Positions 1 through 12,672 of a stretch of 64,000 bases of DNA are shown in pieces (within the stretch, counting starts at the first letter, position 1; each line of letters begins with the position of its first letter). The translations under genes were made by a program, and so were the position numbers. The notes under the pieces were generated by a model. The model did not search any database. It was not told the origin of the DNA and worked only from the letters and a program-made list of their open reading frames with translations. The stretch is from Geosiphon pyriformis uo1 (lineage: Eukaryota; Fungi; Glomeromycota): the NCBI GenBank assembly GCA_016748015.1, contig JAAOMT010000557.1, forward strand, positions 295,548-359,547, written 5' to 3'.

Positions 1-3000
1 TCTGAGTTTGTTTGATTCTTTATATGGTTTTTTTTTGTACAAACTTCCCATATGGTCCAATTTGAGGGGTGTTCAAAAGTGCATAGATTTTATATTAGTT
101 AATGATAGTCTTCACAGTTCTTTTTTTAACCAAAAAGTTTACTGTTCAGGTGAATTTTTTGATTCTGACCACTTGGTCATGTTAATAGATATTGGTTTGG
201 GGGGCTTTCTCAATTCTTAGCTTAATTTGATATGCAGACAGGCCACAAAAAAAAAATGGAAATACAAAGTCAATAATGTCAATAGAGAGGTTTGGAAAAA
301 GTTTGGGAATGCATCATTGGTTGCTGTTTTAAAAACTGCTGGTGATTTTGAATACCATAACACTAAAGATGATATCAATAGAATGTGAACACTTCTTTGT
401 CAAATAGTGCACTCTGCAGTGGAAGCTACTTTTGTGAAAACATGGTCCTGGAATAGTGGGTTGGTCAAGACTGCTGCATTTTCTAGATTTCACAAGTTAG
501 AACTTTTGGTGGCAAAAATTTTGAATACATACAAATCAAGAAATTTGGAAAGACTTCAGACTTTAGTTGATAAATAGGTTAACTTGGACTTTGACCAAGC
601 TATAAAGTTCAAGAGTTCCTTGGACAATGGTTAAGACAGAGTATTGGTTGAATAATTATTGGCACATTTTAGGAAATTGTATAGGTTCTGCAAGTTTTTG
701 GACTCTAAGGCTACTAAAGACTCATGGATCTGGGTGGCCATCAATAAGTACATGGAAGTTTTTGTGGACAACAAAGGTCAAATGATCAGAAGTGTGTTAG
801 AGAAGTCTTTTAGGAAAGTTACATTGGATCATCTGGTTAATAATAAAGATTTGGTTTTAGAGCCTGATTTGGTCAAAGGCAGAGTGGATTCAATTATGGA
901 GAATTCGACCAGGAAATGCACAGTCAAATCTTTAGTGTCTTCCTGTTGGCAAGTACAATTTTTTCCTCTCAATCATGTCAGTGATAATGCATTCTGTGGT
1001 GTAATAAAGCAAATTGATCTTGATGAGTTTTTATTGGTGGTCAAAAATCTTCCTGACGGCAAAGCTACTGGTTTGTCTGGTATCTTAATGAAATGTAGAA
1101 GCACTATGATGAGTCTGTTCTGGTTTTTCTTTTGCATTTGCTCAACTTGTGCTTGGTATGTGAATCTGTTTCAGATATCTGGAGAGAAGCCTAGGTATCT
1201 ATGATTCTAAAATCATATAAGTGAGAAGGAGTTCTAATGAACACCAGACCTATTGCTCTCATTGAAACCTCTAAGAAAATTTTTTCAAAAATTCTATTTG
1301 ATCACATTTCAAGAGTCTGCAGCACACACAATGTTCTGTGTGGAGATAATTTTTTGGTATTGAAAGACATTTCTACTTAGTCCCCTATCTTTGTTGTAGG
1401 ATTTGTTGTAGAAAATGCTTTGAAAAAGGGCAGAAAACTCTGGTTGGTATATTAGGACATGTGCAAAGCTTACAATTTAGTAGGCTGATTGCACTTGAAA
1501 AGTAGTCTAGAGAAAATCAAAATATGTAAGAGATTTGTCAGGTTTTTTGGTAATATTCACAATGGTTGTATAAATAGAGTTATAATAGACTTTGGTTTGT
1601 CTGAAGGTTACAAAATTCATGATGGTCTGGACCAGAGAGAAGTTTTTTCTCCTTTTTTATGGAGAATTTTTTATGATTCTCTGTTGTGCAAAGTGAAGAA
1701 ACATAAGTCATTTTTTGAGTATTGGATTGATTCTAAATTTGTGGCCAGAATGAGCAGAATTGAGTCAAATGCTGGTTTGATTTTTTATTTGGCTGCTGGT
1801 GTTTTCATAAATGACACCATTTGGGTTGACAATTGTCATACAATGACACAGAATATTTTGAACATTGCTAATGAGTTCTTTGAATTAATGGATATATTGA
1901 TTAACATGGAGAAAACAATTGCCATTTCTATTAACCCAAGGACCAGTAACATCTTCTTAAAAGTGAGTGGGTCTCCAATTTCAATCACAAAAACTGGTGA
2001 GGCTCATTGGTATCTAGGTATTTTTCTGTCAACTAAAAGTTTTTCTGGTCTAAGTTTAAAGAAAGTGAATTCAGATGTCAAGTTTTTTTCATTCATGGTT
2101 TTGCACAAAGCTATTACAGACAAACAGTTTTCTTATTTGGTATTAGCCATTTTACAGCCCATAGTAGAATATAGAACTCAATTTAGCTTTGTCAATAGAG
2201 GCACGTGCAAGAAATAGGACCATATGATTAGAAAGGGGTTGAAGTCTAAAGCCAGTTTGCCTAAAGACTTTCTTAATGAGGCAGTACACCATCCTTCTTT
2301 TTACAATTTGAAGCCCTTTGAACAAGTTCAGGCAGAAGCAAAAGTCTTATCGGTGTTATAGTTTGCTAATAATAGTGAGTTAATGGGTTGACTATTTGGG
2401 CATAGGTCAATAGACTTGCAGGTTTTGGGCTGGGTTCCTCAGAACCCTCTTCAATTTCCTGTTAAGTTGATGGTCAATTCAATGAACAATTTTCTGGTTG
2501 GTGTTACTAAAATTTTTTTGTGTAATAAAATTTTCTTAGCTAATAGCTTGCCCAATGCTTTTTGTCTTAAACAAAGTTTTCCTGTTCTGGATGTTTTGGA
2601 CCAGGCAATATATCTCTGGGTTTGCAAACCACTAAAGTGTTTTGGGATCATTTTTGCAGACCAGTTGTTGAACAGTCATGGAAAATGTTTCAATTGGAAG
2701 AATTTTCACTGTTGGAAATGATTGGATCCCAAAGGCCCAGTTCCCTTATAGTTCATAATGGTTTTAGATTTTGTCAAGAGTGGTGATTTGGCTAAAGGTT
2801 CCTCTTCTGTTTTTGAGTCTCCTTCTAAGTTAGATGTTTCTAATACAGACCACTTTGGTTTCATCCATTCTAGTTTAAAAGATGCTTCTTTGCTAGTGAT
2901 CTCAGTTTATACTAATGGTTTTGTTAAAGACTTTGATACTTCTGATACTGTCGGAGGGGCTGTCACTTATTTTTCTGATCTAGGTTTGTATATAGGTGTG

Positions 3001-4315
3001 GAGATTTATAATTTGCTATCATCTACCTTAACTAAAATACAGGCTGTTGCACTGGCTCTTGAGTGCATTCTGGCTTCCTTAAATGTTACAGTTTTCTTTG
3101 ACAGTCAGGCTTCTTTGGATGCTTGTCAGGCTGAGTTGAAGTTGGTGGCTCCAGATTTTCACAACAGGTACTGGATGGAGCACTGTCATATTAGCAATTT
3201 GGTCAAATATAAAAACATTTCTGTTACCTGGACAAAGGTGAAAGATCACTCTGGTGTGTTGGGCAATGAATGTACTGATTGGTTGGCTGATCTAGCCATA
3301 TTATCAGTGCTTGTTTTTTTAGCAAATATCAAAAAAAAATTTTTAATGACAGATGATAAAGTGATTTCTGGCAATGCATGCTGTTTTATTAGAATAACAA
3401 ATGATATTGTTAGACGTTTTTAATAAAAATTTGGACCTGGTTTAAGCATTGTGGATCCTTTATGAGTTGGGGACATAAATTGGGTTTGTACTGCTTTAGT
3501 CTGGCACTCTGATTCCCATATGTCTGCAGGATATACAAGCAGAATCACCACTGGTTTGCACACTTATTTGATAAAAGCTTTACACAAAAGGCTGCCTGTT
3601 GCTATTAGAAAGCATTTATATAATTAAAGTTATCTTAATGTATTATGTGTATATTGTAGAGAGATAGAATTTTCAGATCATAGTTTTGTTTGTTGCTTAG
3701 ACTTTTTAATGTATTAGAGCTTGTTAAATAAACATTCCTCTTTTTGAAAATCTCTTACTGGGACAATCTTGTCATCATCTGTAGTTTTGCAGTCTCTGGC
3801 TTCTTCTGTTTCTAATGATAGTTTTTACACAATTTTGTGTAAGGGTCTCATATTTGAAGATTGGTTGGCAGATACTAAAGCATCTTTTGTGGATACTAAG
3901 CTTACAATGTCTAATCTGGTTGAGTTTGTTTGGGATATGGTTGTTGGCCATAGAGAGCAAATTTGGGTGCCTAATTCAAAAATTTGAGCTGAAATAAAGT
4001 GTCATGGGTCATTATATGCAGATGGGTCTTTATATAATATTATTCGGAGTCTTCTTGCTAAGATTTCAGATGTTGCTTATTTACTAGGGATTGAAAGGAA
4101 TCATGTGACCAACTTTGGCCTGAGTATTGGCCATTTGTTTTTTGCTGGTACTACTGGTGAAGTTACAGTAAATATAGTTGCATAGTATAGCCTTGATTGG
4201 CCGAGTGATTAGTTACATATAGCAATAGTATAAATCATATTTAATTTAGAACTTTAGATAATTGTATTGTATTAGATAATAATTGGGCTTCATTCGTTAA
4301 ATTAATAAAAAAAAA
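1..4315 (+). mobile_element. Degenerate non-LTR retrotransposon (LINE), ORF2 region and 3' UTR; 5' part lies outside the window
   Basis: Broken ORFs give, in order: APE endonuclease end (IDFILV...FFDSDH), RT motifs (KATGLSGI, TRPIALIET, QREVFSPFLWRIFYD, VFINDTIW for AFVDDTIW, YLGIFLS), RNase H (VYTNG, FDSQA, KVKDHSGVLGNECTD for KVKGHSG..GNERAD) and a CCHC knuckle (CVYC..IEFSDHSFVC, ~3645-3693). ORF stop at ~4185, A-run at 4307-4315. Many stops and frameshifts. Confidence 0.93.
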
Positions 4316-5640
4316 TATTAATGTTAATTATAATTTTAAAATTGTTTTACTTTTAAAATTTATTAATTTTAATTGAATTTATTGTTAAAAAAACAATTTT
4401 TTTAATAAATTTAATTGTTTTTTTGTGTTAATTTAAATAAATTTTACTATAAATATTAAAACCAAATTTATTTTATTAAAATTTTCAATTAAAAACATAT
4501 TTAAAATAGTTATATATTTGTTTAAAAATTTTTAATTAGTTAAAAAAACAAAAAAACCACTTATTTTTTTAATATATATAATTTTAAAAATTTGTTTACA
4601 ATTATAGTTAATTAAAATAAACTTTATAATATATCATATATAATTAAAAATAAATAATATATTATAAAAAAAACCAATAATAAATACAAAAACATTATTT
4701 ATAATAAAAAAATATTTGCACATTATTTTTAAAAAATAAAAACATATATATTTGTTTTAAAAAAACAATTAAGTATTTATTTTAGATTTAAATAATTAAT
4801 TACATATAATTAATATGTAAATTAAATTTATAATTTAATTTTTTAGAAATAAAATAACATAAAAATTAGTAAAATTATATTTAGTTAAAATAAATAAATA
4901 AATTTTTCTTTTTTGCATTTTAAATTATATTTAAAATAAAAATTTTATTATTTAAAAAATTTTCAATAATAAAAGTAATTAAAATAATACATAAAAATAT
5001 TATTAAAGTTATTATTATTAATTATAAAAATTTTAAAAATTATTGTTTTTTAATCTTTTTATTATTATTGCTTATATAACTAAAAAAAACAAAATAATAA
5101 AAAAATAATTTTTTTAAACAAATTTAAAGTTTTTTTTTAAAATATTAAAAACAATATTTTTTGTGGTTTTTAAAGTCTTTTTTTAACAAATAAAATGTTG
5201 GCTTTTTTTAGTTTTCTTAATGTTTTTGCTAATTCTATAATATTAATACCAATAATAGCACTTAATAAATAATAACTTTTTTTTATTTTAAAAAATAATA
5301 ACAACAACATATTTGCTAAATTTAATTTAAATTAAAATTTAATTAATTGTTTAATATAATTAATTAGAAGTAATTAATTTTATATTTTTCATATATAATT
5401 TTATTTAATTATATTGTTGTTTTATTTAATTATAAAATTTGGATTAATAAAATAAAAATTAAAGCTGTTTGTTATTTTAATGTTTAATATTATTGCTAAA
5501 ATTAAAATAGCTTATATAAAAACTGTTTTCTAATTTTTATATAATTTTATTAATATTAAATTAATTACCAAAAACAGTATTAAGCTTTTTTATAATTCAG
5601 ATTTGTTATTAAAATTAAGTCTATTAAGATTACAATTTTA
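4316..5640. other. Extremely AT-rich tract, probably hypermutated repeat relic
   Basis: Almost no G/C, no ORFs, abuts the LINE poly(A). Origin not recognisable. Confidence 0.45.
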
Positions 5641-6438
5641 TTTAATGTGTGCAGTTCGACCACTACCTATTACAATATATTCACTGTGGACCTTTTAACA
5701 TTTTAAATATAATTGTTATTTTGATTAATAATTATAAGATTTAATTGAAAATAGAAATATTGCGAATAATTTGTTTTCAATTTAAATTAATATATTAATA
5801 TAGATTATTATTAATAATGTAAAACGGTGATCCAAAGAATATATCACATGACTTCAAATTTCATATATAAAGAGAATTTTTTCAATCCGAAGAATGTAAA
5901 ATAAATCTCAGTTGAAAGGAATTTTTGCGGAGGTAAATTTTATGTTTAATAAAATTCGATATTAAGTTGTTGATGATTAAAAAATAGCACGTATTATCTT
6001 AGTTTTCTACAAAGATAACTTTGATGAGAATATACTTCTTTCTTTTCTGAGACTTTATTTAAGAGCTTTCAAGCGTTACATGCTTTCCAATCCATGTAAA
6101 ACAATCTAATTAAGTTTACTCATTCCTTTTTTGCTTTTATCCTCTTACAACAGAAACTTTAAAACAATATATCTGAAAATGCCAGAACTCTCTCAATAAA
6201 ACTTAATCAAAAAAAAAGTTGACCAAAAGATTTTTTCATAATTAGACTGTTGAAAAATATCAAAATAATATGCTTACACAATAGACTATTTTTTACCACA
6301 GCTAATTTGTGAAAATTAAAAGCTTCTAGTATCTTAAACAATTTAGCAACCAACCTTTAGACTCAACTGAAGAATGAAATAAAAATGCCAAAAAGCCCAA
6401 AATTGACAACAAAATTAAAGTAAAGCAAGTATAAAAAT

Positions 6439-6451
6439 TACGGAGGGAGTA
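6439..6451. mobile_element. Possible orphan Stowaway/mariner-like terminus
   Basis: TACGGAGGGAGTA matches the reverse complement of the TA+CTCCCTCCGT terminus. No convincing partner end found. Confidence 0.25.
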
Positions 6452-6595
6452 ATTAATGATGTTACCAACCCTGAAATGCTTTGTCGCACATTCAATCAGG
6501 TACTATAGTTTGATTATCGATCATTATTAAAGAGGTTTTTGGTAGTTTGTCCATTTAATTTTTTTTTTTTTACCACGGAAAAATAAGTTCTCAAG

Positions 6596-7887
6596 ATGTC
6601 TCAAATAAGTGCTCTGAACGATGACGAAGTTCGCGCTGAAATGAATAAAATGGTTTGTTTTTTGTAAAAGTCAAAAGAGATATATTCTAGCTATCTTGTT
6701 CTTTTTCGTTGATAATTTTATCGTTGCGATGTATATATGAAAACTTATAGGTGGAATTTATCAAGCAAGAAGCCAGAGAAAAGGCTCGCGAGATAACAGT
6801 TAAGGTATTTATTTGTTCAAAGGTCAACTGCTTTATCAATGTTCTTCGGATTAAACTCATTTTGAATCAAAAGGCGAATGAAGAGTTTAACATTGAAAAG
6901 GTATTTTCACGTTTTTTACAAATAATTTGAATTTTTCGAATGTCTGACGCACCTTGATTTTCGTTGACCTTGTAGGCCAAGCTCGTACGTCAGGAATCGA
7001 TAAATATTGAGGCCGCCTTTCAACGAAAAATCAAACAAGCTCAAATCCAAAAAAAAATGTTGGCATATTTTATACAAAATAAATCATATAAATTGTGTAA
7101 CAGTTGAAAAATTTTAAGTTTTTTGTTTCTCCTCTCTCCTTTATCAGTGCACAATCAAATTATATAAACAAGTCACGTCTCAAAGTTCTTCAGGCGCGCC
7201 ATCAAAAATTGGAAGACTTATTCGCAGAGGCTAGAAGCAAACTTCATGATGTTGGGAATGATCAAGAACGCTATCGAAAATTATTGAGTGGCTTGATATT
7301 ACAGGTTTAATTAGTTCTTTTGTTTATATTTCAAAAAAAGATACAAAATTCAATCTATTTTTCCCATTTTTAGGGACTTTTTCAAGTTATGGATGAAAAC
7401 GTTTCGTTAATTGTCAAGAAATCGGAAGTACATCTTGTAGAATCAGTCCTCGCTGAAGTGGTTGAGGAGTATAAAAAATCCACACATCTGCCCGTTAAGA
7501 TAGTAGTTGATCCAAAGGAACATTTACCCGAGTCGAAGTATGAATGTTTACAAGATTACTTAATTTAGTTTTCGGTACTTTGACTTTTTTAACTGTAACT
7601 TTCTTTTCAATATAAAATTGAGAATAGTGCTGGGGGTGTTATTCTTACGTCACATTTTGGCCGCATAATAGTCAATAATACGCTCGAGGAAAGGTTGAGC
7701 ATAGCAGAGGAAGAGGTAAGCCAAGAATGAGAGTTTCCATGAGCATTTTGTTTCAGTTATCTCTGCCTTTCTTGAAATATTAAATTGTCTTAAATTATCA
7801 AATGTCAATTCTTAAATCCAACAGATGCTTCCTGAAATTCGTGTATTGCTCTTTGGTCATTCTCCCAATCGAAATTTCTTTAATTAA
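6596..7887 (+). CDS. VMA4: V-type proton ATPase subunit E (multi-exon)
   Basis: Spliced reading: MSQISALNDDEVRAEMNKM / VEFIKQEAREKAREITVK / ANEEFNIEK / AKLVRQES... SNYINKSRLKVLQAR ... AGGVIL..GRIIVNNTLEERL ... MLPEIRVLLFGHSPNRNFFN*. Short GT-AG introns. Confidence 0.96.
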
Positions 7888-8111
7888 AGTTAGCTTATTC
7901 TAATTTTATTACAGCTAAATGTATGTATACACATTTATGCTCTCATTGAAACTCTGAACATCAATTCATTGATTATTTTTGCTATGTATATTAATTAATT
8001 TTAACGTATCAATATATTTAAATAAACATTTGGTAAGCATTTATTCATAAAGACCAGTTCTTATCAATGATTTTATCTAATGAAGGATCAGCGAATCCCT
8101 TGTCTCAACCC

Positions 8112-9704
8112 TTATAAATTCTCGATTAGTAGATTGGAGATATCAACCACTTGTTCGATGCCGGGATAAGCTGGGATATGAAGCCCAAACTTTTTCTCCA
8201 ATTCTCTGTCGATTTCCAAATACCAAGATCAATGTCCGTAAATACCAGGATACCGAGTTTCAAAGCGAAGAAAACATCGAAAGAAATAAAATATCGCACA
8301 AAAATACAAAGCAATAAAGAAAAAAAAAAGTTGACGTACGGTGTTACGAATCTTCCCCCAAGGTAGTGGATTCCTTTGAAATGTTGTGCACAAAGCTTTG
8401 GAGCTGTCAATGAAATCAGCATTACCGGAGTAAAGCTACGATTGTTGATGTTGCCTTCAAAAAAAAAAGGTTTAAAATGATCATTTGTATAGTGCGGTCA
8501 GAATCAACCCCACTTCTGATCAATAAAATGGTTTATGGAAAATACCTTTCTCTAAATCCCAGCCCGAAGGTATATCGACTATTGTTGAATAGTTTAATAC
8601 CACTTATTGTAATAAATTCTATAATCACACAAATGTATTGAGGAATTAGTTGAAACCTGATACTATCGGCACTTTGGTTTCTTTTAAAACCTTTGATCAG
8701 GAGATATTGTAAGTGGATGATTGAGATCTTTTTTTAGTTTAAACATCATCGGTTTTAATATTTACCTGAATCACTTCCCCAAACGGAGGACGTATTTCTC
8801 CTGAAAAACTAAATCCTTTTGGAAGGACATATTAACCAACTAGACTTAAATATCAAATTATCATAAACATACTAAGGAGACATACCAAAAATCGCATCCA
8901 AAATCAGATTTGTCTGACTCAATACTGGAGTCAATTCGTTAACGAAGGGGATATTCAAGTTATTGCATTGCGTAACTAGACGCTTTTTTTTTCGAAAAAA
9001 TATTTATATGAAATCTCAATCATCAATTTCGATTTTTAATTCTGAAACCGAAGAAGATTTACCGAACCTCGTAAAGATCCTTTTTGGCTTGCTTTGGATA
9101 AAAAATACTGGGATTGTATCCGAAGTGAGAGAGATGTCTTGCGGCTACTAGACCTATATCAAATCAAATCAAATCAAATTACTTTGTTAGCGAATTTAAG
9201 ACTCAAGAAACTAGCATGAAGTCTAGAAATTATGCATAGATGATCGGGTGAAATCACAAAGATACCAACCATCACCACCATTATTTCCAGGTCCACAACA
9301 CACAAGAATCTGTGAATGTGTTTGCTTGCTATATACTTTTGCCACAGCTTGTGCAACACTTAGGCCAGCAAGCTCCATTAGCTGTTTTCCAAAATCGGAT
9401 TACAAAAATGGAAAAGCCTAATTCGCAAAATTAATAAGTGGTCAAATATAACGGGCCTGATCTATAGAAAATCCACCAGCTTGCGACATCAATTCCTCAT
9501 CAATTTTTTGGGCGACACGTTGAGTGAGATACTTTAATCCCAAAAAGAATGGTAATAAATGAAAGATATTAGAATCATGTTTATTAAATGCAACTTAGGA
9601 AACTCCGATATTCTCATGATAAATGAAAAAGATAGCTGATAAACATAAATGAATAGGCAGTTTTTTTTTTGAAACCTTGATTTGAACTTTACCTTCAAAG
9701 CCAT
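8112..9704 (-). CDS. NNR1: NAD(P)H-hydrate epimerase (YjeF_N / AIBP family, multi-exon)
   Basis: Spliced minus-strand reading: MALK / [23 protein letters not shown] / [12 protein letters not shown]...[10 protein letters not shown] / LVAARHL...LDAIFG / [11 protein letters not shown]...DIPSGWD...[11 protein letters not shown]...HYLGGRFV...[10 protein letters not shown]. All are family motifs. Confidence 0.95.
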
Positions 9705-9990
9705 TCTTACGAGGTTTCAAAGTTGCAAGTTGGGAGAAAATTCAAAATGACATTTGATGATCCCTTTTTTTGATAATCTCAGTTTTCTTCAAATGATGTT
9801 CTACAAAATATTTTGTACTAGTTACAAACCTGTCCCACTGCGCAAACCAGCAAACGCATATAAATTCCCATCTTAATTTCTATTTTACTTTTCCCTCCAC
9901 ACATTTTCTTTTACGTATGGAACTTTTGACAATACAAGGAATTTCGGGTAATACTTGAACCAACTTACAAACTTTGCAACACTTTCAAAA

Positions 9991-10930
9991 ATGACCCTAA
10001 TGCATACAGCTGGAGAAAAAAAGCATTACGTTGCAGGCATTCAACAAAAAAGGCCAAGCAACCTTAATCATTCGTTGCTTTTTCTGATCTTAATGGTGGC
10101 ATTACTCTTTTATAATTTGTCAAATTCAACAACAATGACGGCGGCGCCGAGTGTGAACGAGACGAAGCCACGCAAAACGCTTGTTGTCTGGGTAAAACAC
10201 CCACAGCACTCTGACGCCGTGAAACTTCACGTTCCACCCGACGCCGACGTGCACGATGTAAAAAAATATATTCGTCTTGAACTCACTCCTGCTCTTGATC
10301 AAGAAAGTTTGGGCAAGGTTTTGTTGTTAAGTCCCACACGTGGCAAGTTGAGTCCTGACACCCCTATCAAAAAAGTAATTGATAGAAGAGAGCCATTAAT
10401 AGTTTTTGTCGATAATACTGGTAAGTGGATATTGTTTCATGAAGTCATTAGAATTTTCCTCGGCCTCTTTAATTTTTTGCTTTCTTCCAATTACCTGTTT
10501 CAATAACATTTTAGATTCCCGACTTTATCTTAAAAAACTCACTACTGAGCAAGTTCCTTTGCAAGTTAATGCACCATTGTGTGTAAAATCAGAAGAAGCT
10601 TACATTGTTATCGCCAAAATACTCTTAAGACGAAATTCACCTAAAGATCTCACAGTGTTGAAAAATAACTTATGTGATGCAAGTGTTGAAAGTTGGAGCT
10701 CACGACACTCTTATACACATAGGGATGGGCGGTAAGTAAAGGCTAAGTTTCATATAATACTTCCATTCAATGCTTTGTTTTCGTCTTGGAATAAAGCTGT
10801 TAGAGCAGGTACAGAAAAGTTAAGAGAGAAAGAAATCGACTACAAAAAAAGAAGAGGCAGGACAGCCAGCACCAATATAGGAGCAAATATTGGAAGAAAT
10901 GGTTTTAAATTTATTCATTTACAAGGTTAA
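9991..10930 (+). CDS. Hypothetical signal-anchored protein with ubiquitin-like/Crinkler-header-like domain
   Basis: Three exons (9991-10420, 10515-10731, 10804-10930) join in frame across two GTAAGT..TAG introns. Hydrophobic segment LLFLILMVALLFY, then VWVK..DADVHDVKKYI..EPLIVFV, and basic KKRRGR near the C-terminus. The domain call is by pattern only. Confidence 0.65.
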
Positions 10931-11602
10931 TTTACGAACGGTAATACTGCTGCTCGTTAGAATTACATAGAAAAAATGCTAGAAATATTGGACCAGATTT
11001 TTTCGTAAGTGAGAAAATGGAGTTTTGAGAATGGGAGTGATTTTCCAATCCATTTTCTGCTTAATATCTATCCAATTTTCATGGTTGTTCTCACTTGTAT
11101 TATCATTACTGAGAAGGTGAAACCTCAAAATTTGGTGATCTATTTTATATCAATAAAATATTGGAAATTATAAAATCTTTATTCATGAAGATTAATTACT
11201 TCCGTTCGATTCTTAATGCTAATTCAAAACTTAAGGCTTTATTTTTAAATTTTCATTCTGTTTGAGAAAGTTAGGAAATCAGATAAATAAAAAATCCTTC
11301 ATTAGCTTCTCAATCTATTAGATGATTTTGCTTTTTATAATAAATTTGCAGTGGCAAGCAAGCATTTGAAAATAAATCTCTATAAATTAGGATCGAGCAA
11401 TTAACCAGATCCATTCTATTTCTGAATTAGAATTTTTTAAAATAGAAATATAACAATGAAAGTATCATTCGAAAATTTATAGTTTCTCACCCTTATTAAA
11501 AATAATTTGACATATTATAAGCTCTTGGCCAGCATTTGCTAAACAATCAAATACCTCATGGATAACCCCAAATATAAATTTATAAAGATAGAGAGCATTT
11601 CC

Positions 11603-12450
11603 CTAACGTTCTGCTAGGAATTTTTGTAAATCTTGTTCTGTTAATCAAGGAGATGACGTCAGATATTTGCATAATTCAAAACTTGAAAATAAGAATTGAA
11701 CTCACCAATACTCCAAACATGGGCTTTCAATTCAAGATGTTGTATATTCAAAGAATCCTTCAAATGTCAACATATAAAATGAATCAATTTCTTTATAAAA
11801 CTTAACAAAAAAGCAGAATCAAGGTTGAAAATATTCGAACAACTTACATATATTTTTTTTCCCTCATTCCTTAATTCCAACAATTGATCTTCGCTTGCAG
11901 CATAACTCTGCAACAATTTTAAATCTTCTTCAATCTTTTCAATCTTCTTAGCATAATCCCTCACCTTAAAATATCGGTCCAGCTTAACTGATCAATCACT
12001 CAATCACTCTTTTTAAAATGAAATGCGGAAGAGAAAGGTTTGATCTAAAATACCTTATTGGTAGATTGTTGTAGCTCTTCAACAGAACCCAGCAAAAGGT
12101 TGGATGCTGCATGATACTCGTCTAAAAGATAAATGTACCCGGCACCACTTGCAACTGTAAAACCGAGAAGAAATCCAATGATACTGTGTCAAAAAAAGAT
12201 AAATTTTAGCACGAAATGAACCCAGTTCCCATACAAGAGAGACAAGAGTTATTGGAGTGCTTCAACGGAGTTACTCCAAGGCTCCCAACACTCACCCTCC
12301 TCGAAACCCACCTACTGGCTTTTTCGGAGTGGGTACTTGGTTTTCAGAGGTAATAGCTTGTGAGCGGTACGGCGTATTCGAGAATAGTCGTAAATTGCTT
12401 CGTGCGAGAATTCCAAGTTGACGAAACAAAGGACGAGGGAGGTTTTGCAT
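11603..12450 (-). CDS. Conserved fungal mitochondrial single-pass membrane/coiled-coil protein of unknown function
   Basis: Five exons: MQNLPRPLFRQLGILARSNLRLFS (presequence-like)...PKKPVGGFRG / IIGFLLGFTVASGAGYIYLLDEY..VEELQQSTNK / VRDYAKKIEKIEEDL.. / DSLNIQHLELKAHVWSI / EQDLQKFLAER*. GT-AG introns. Confidence 0.8.
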
Positions 12451-12672
12451 AGCGGCCAAGGTGAAATTTTTGTTGACATCAGAAGCTCGGAGATCCTGAC
12501 TGCCATCTGTAACTTAGTCTAACATAACAACAATGGATTTGGGTACCCAATCATATTTTGTACAATAACTGATGTACTTTCTTAACACATGCAACGTCTA
12601 TCACCATAATAAATCTTAACTTTTTAAGGGTTAAGCATTCTAATTTCATACCTTTCAAACGAAGATTGCACA

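Noticed and set aside
12312-12506. 64 aa ORF on the minus strand
   Set aside because: Wrong frame. The credible first exon starts at ATG 12450 in another frame and splices onward.
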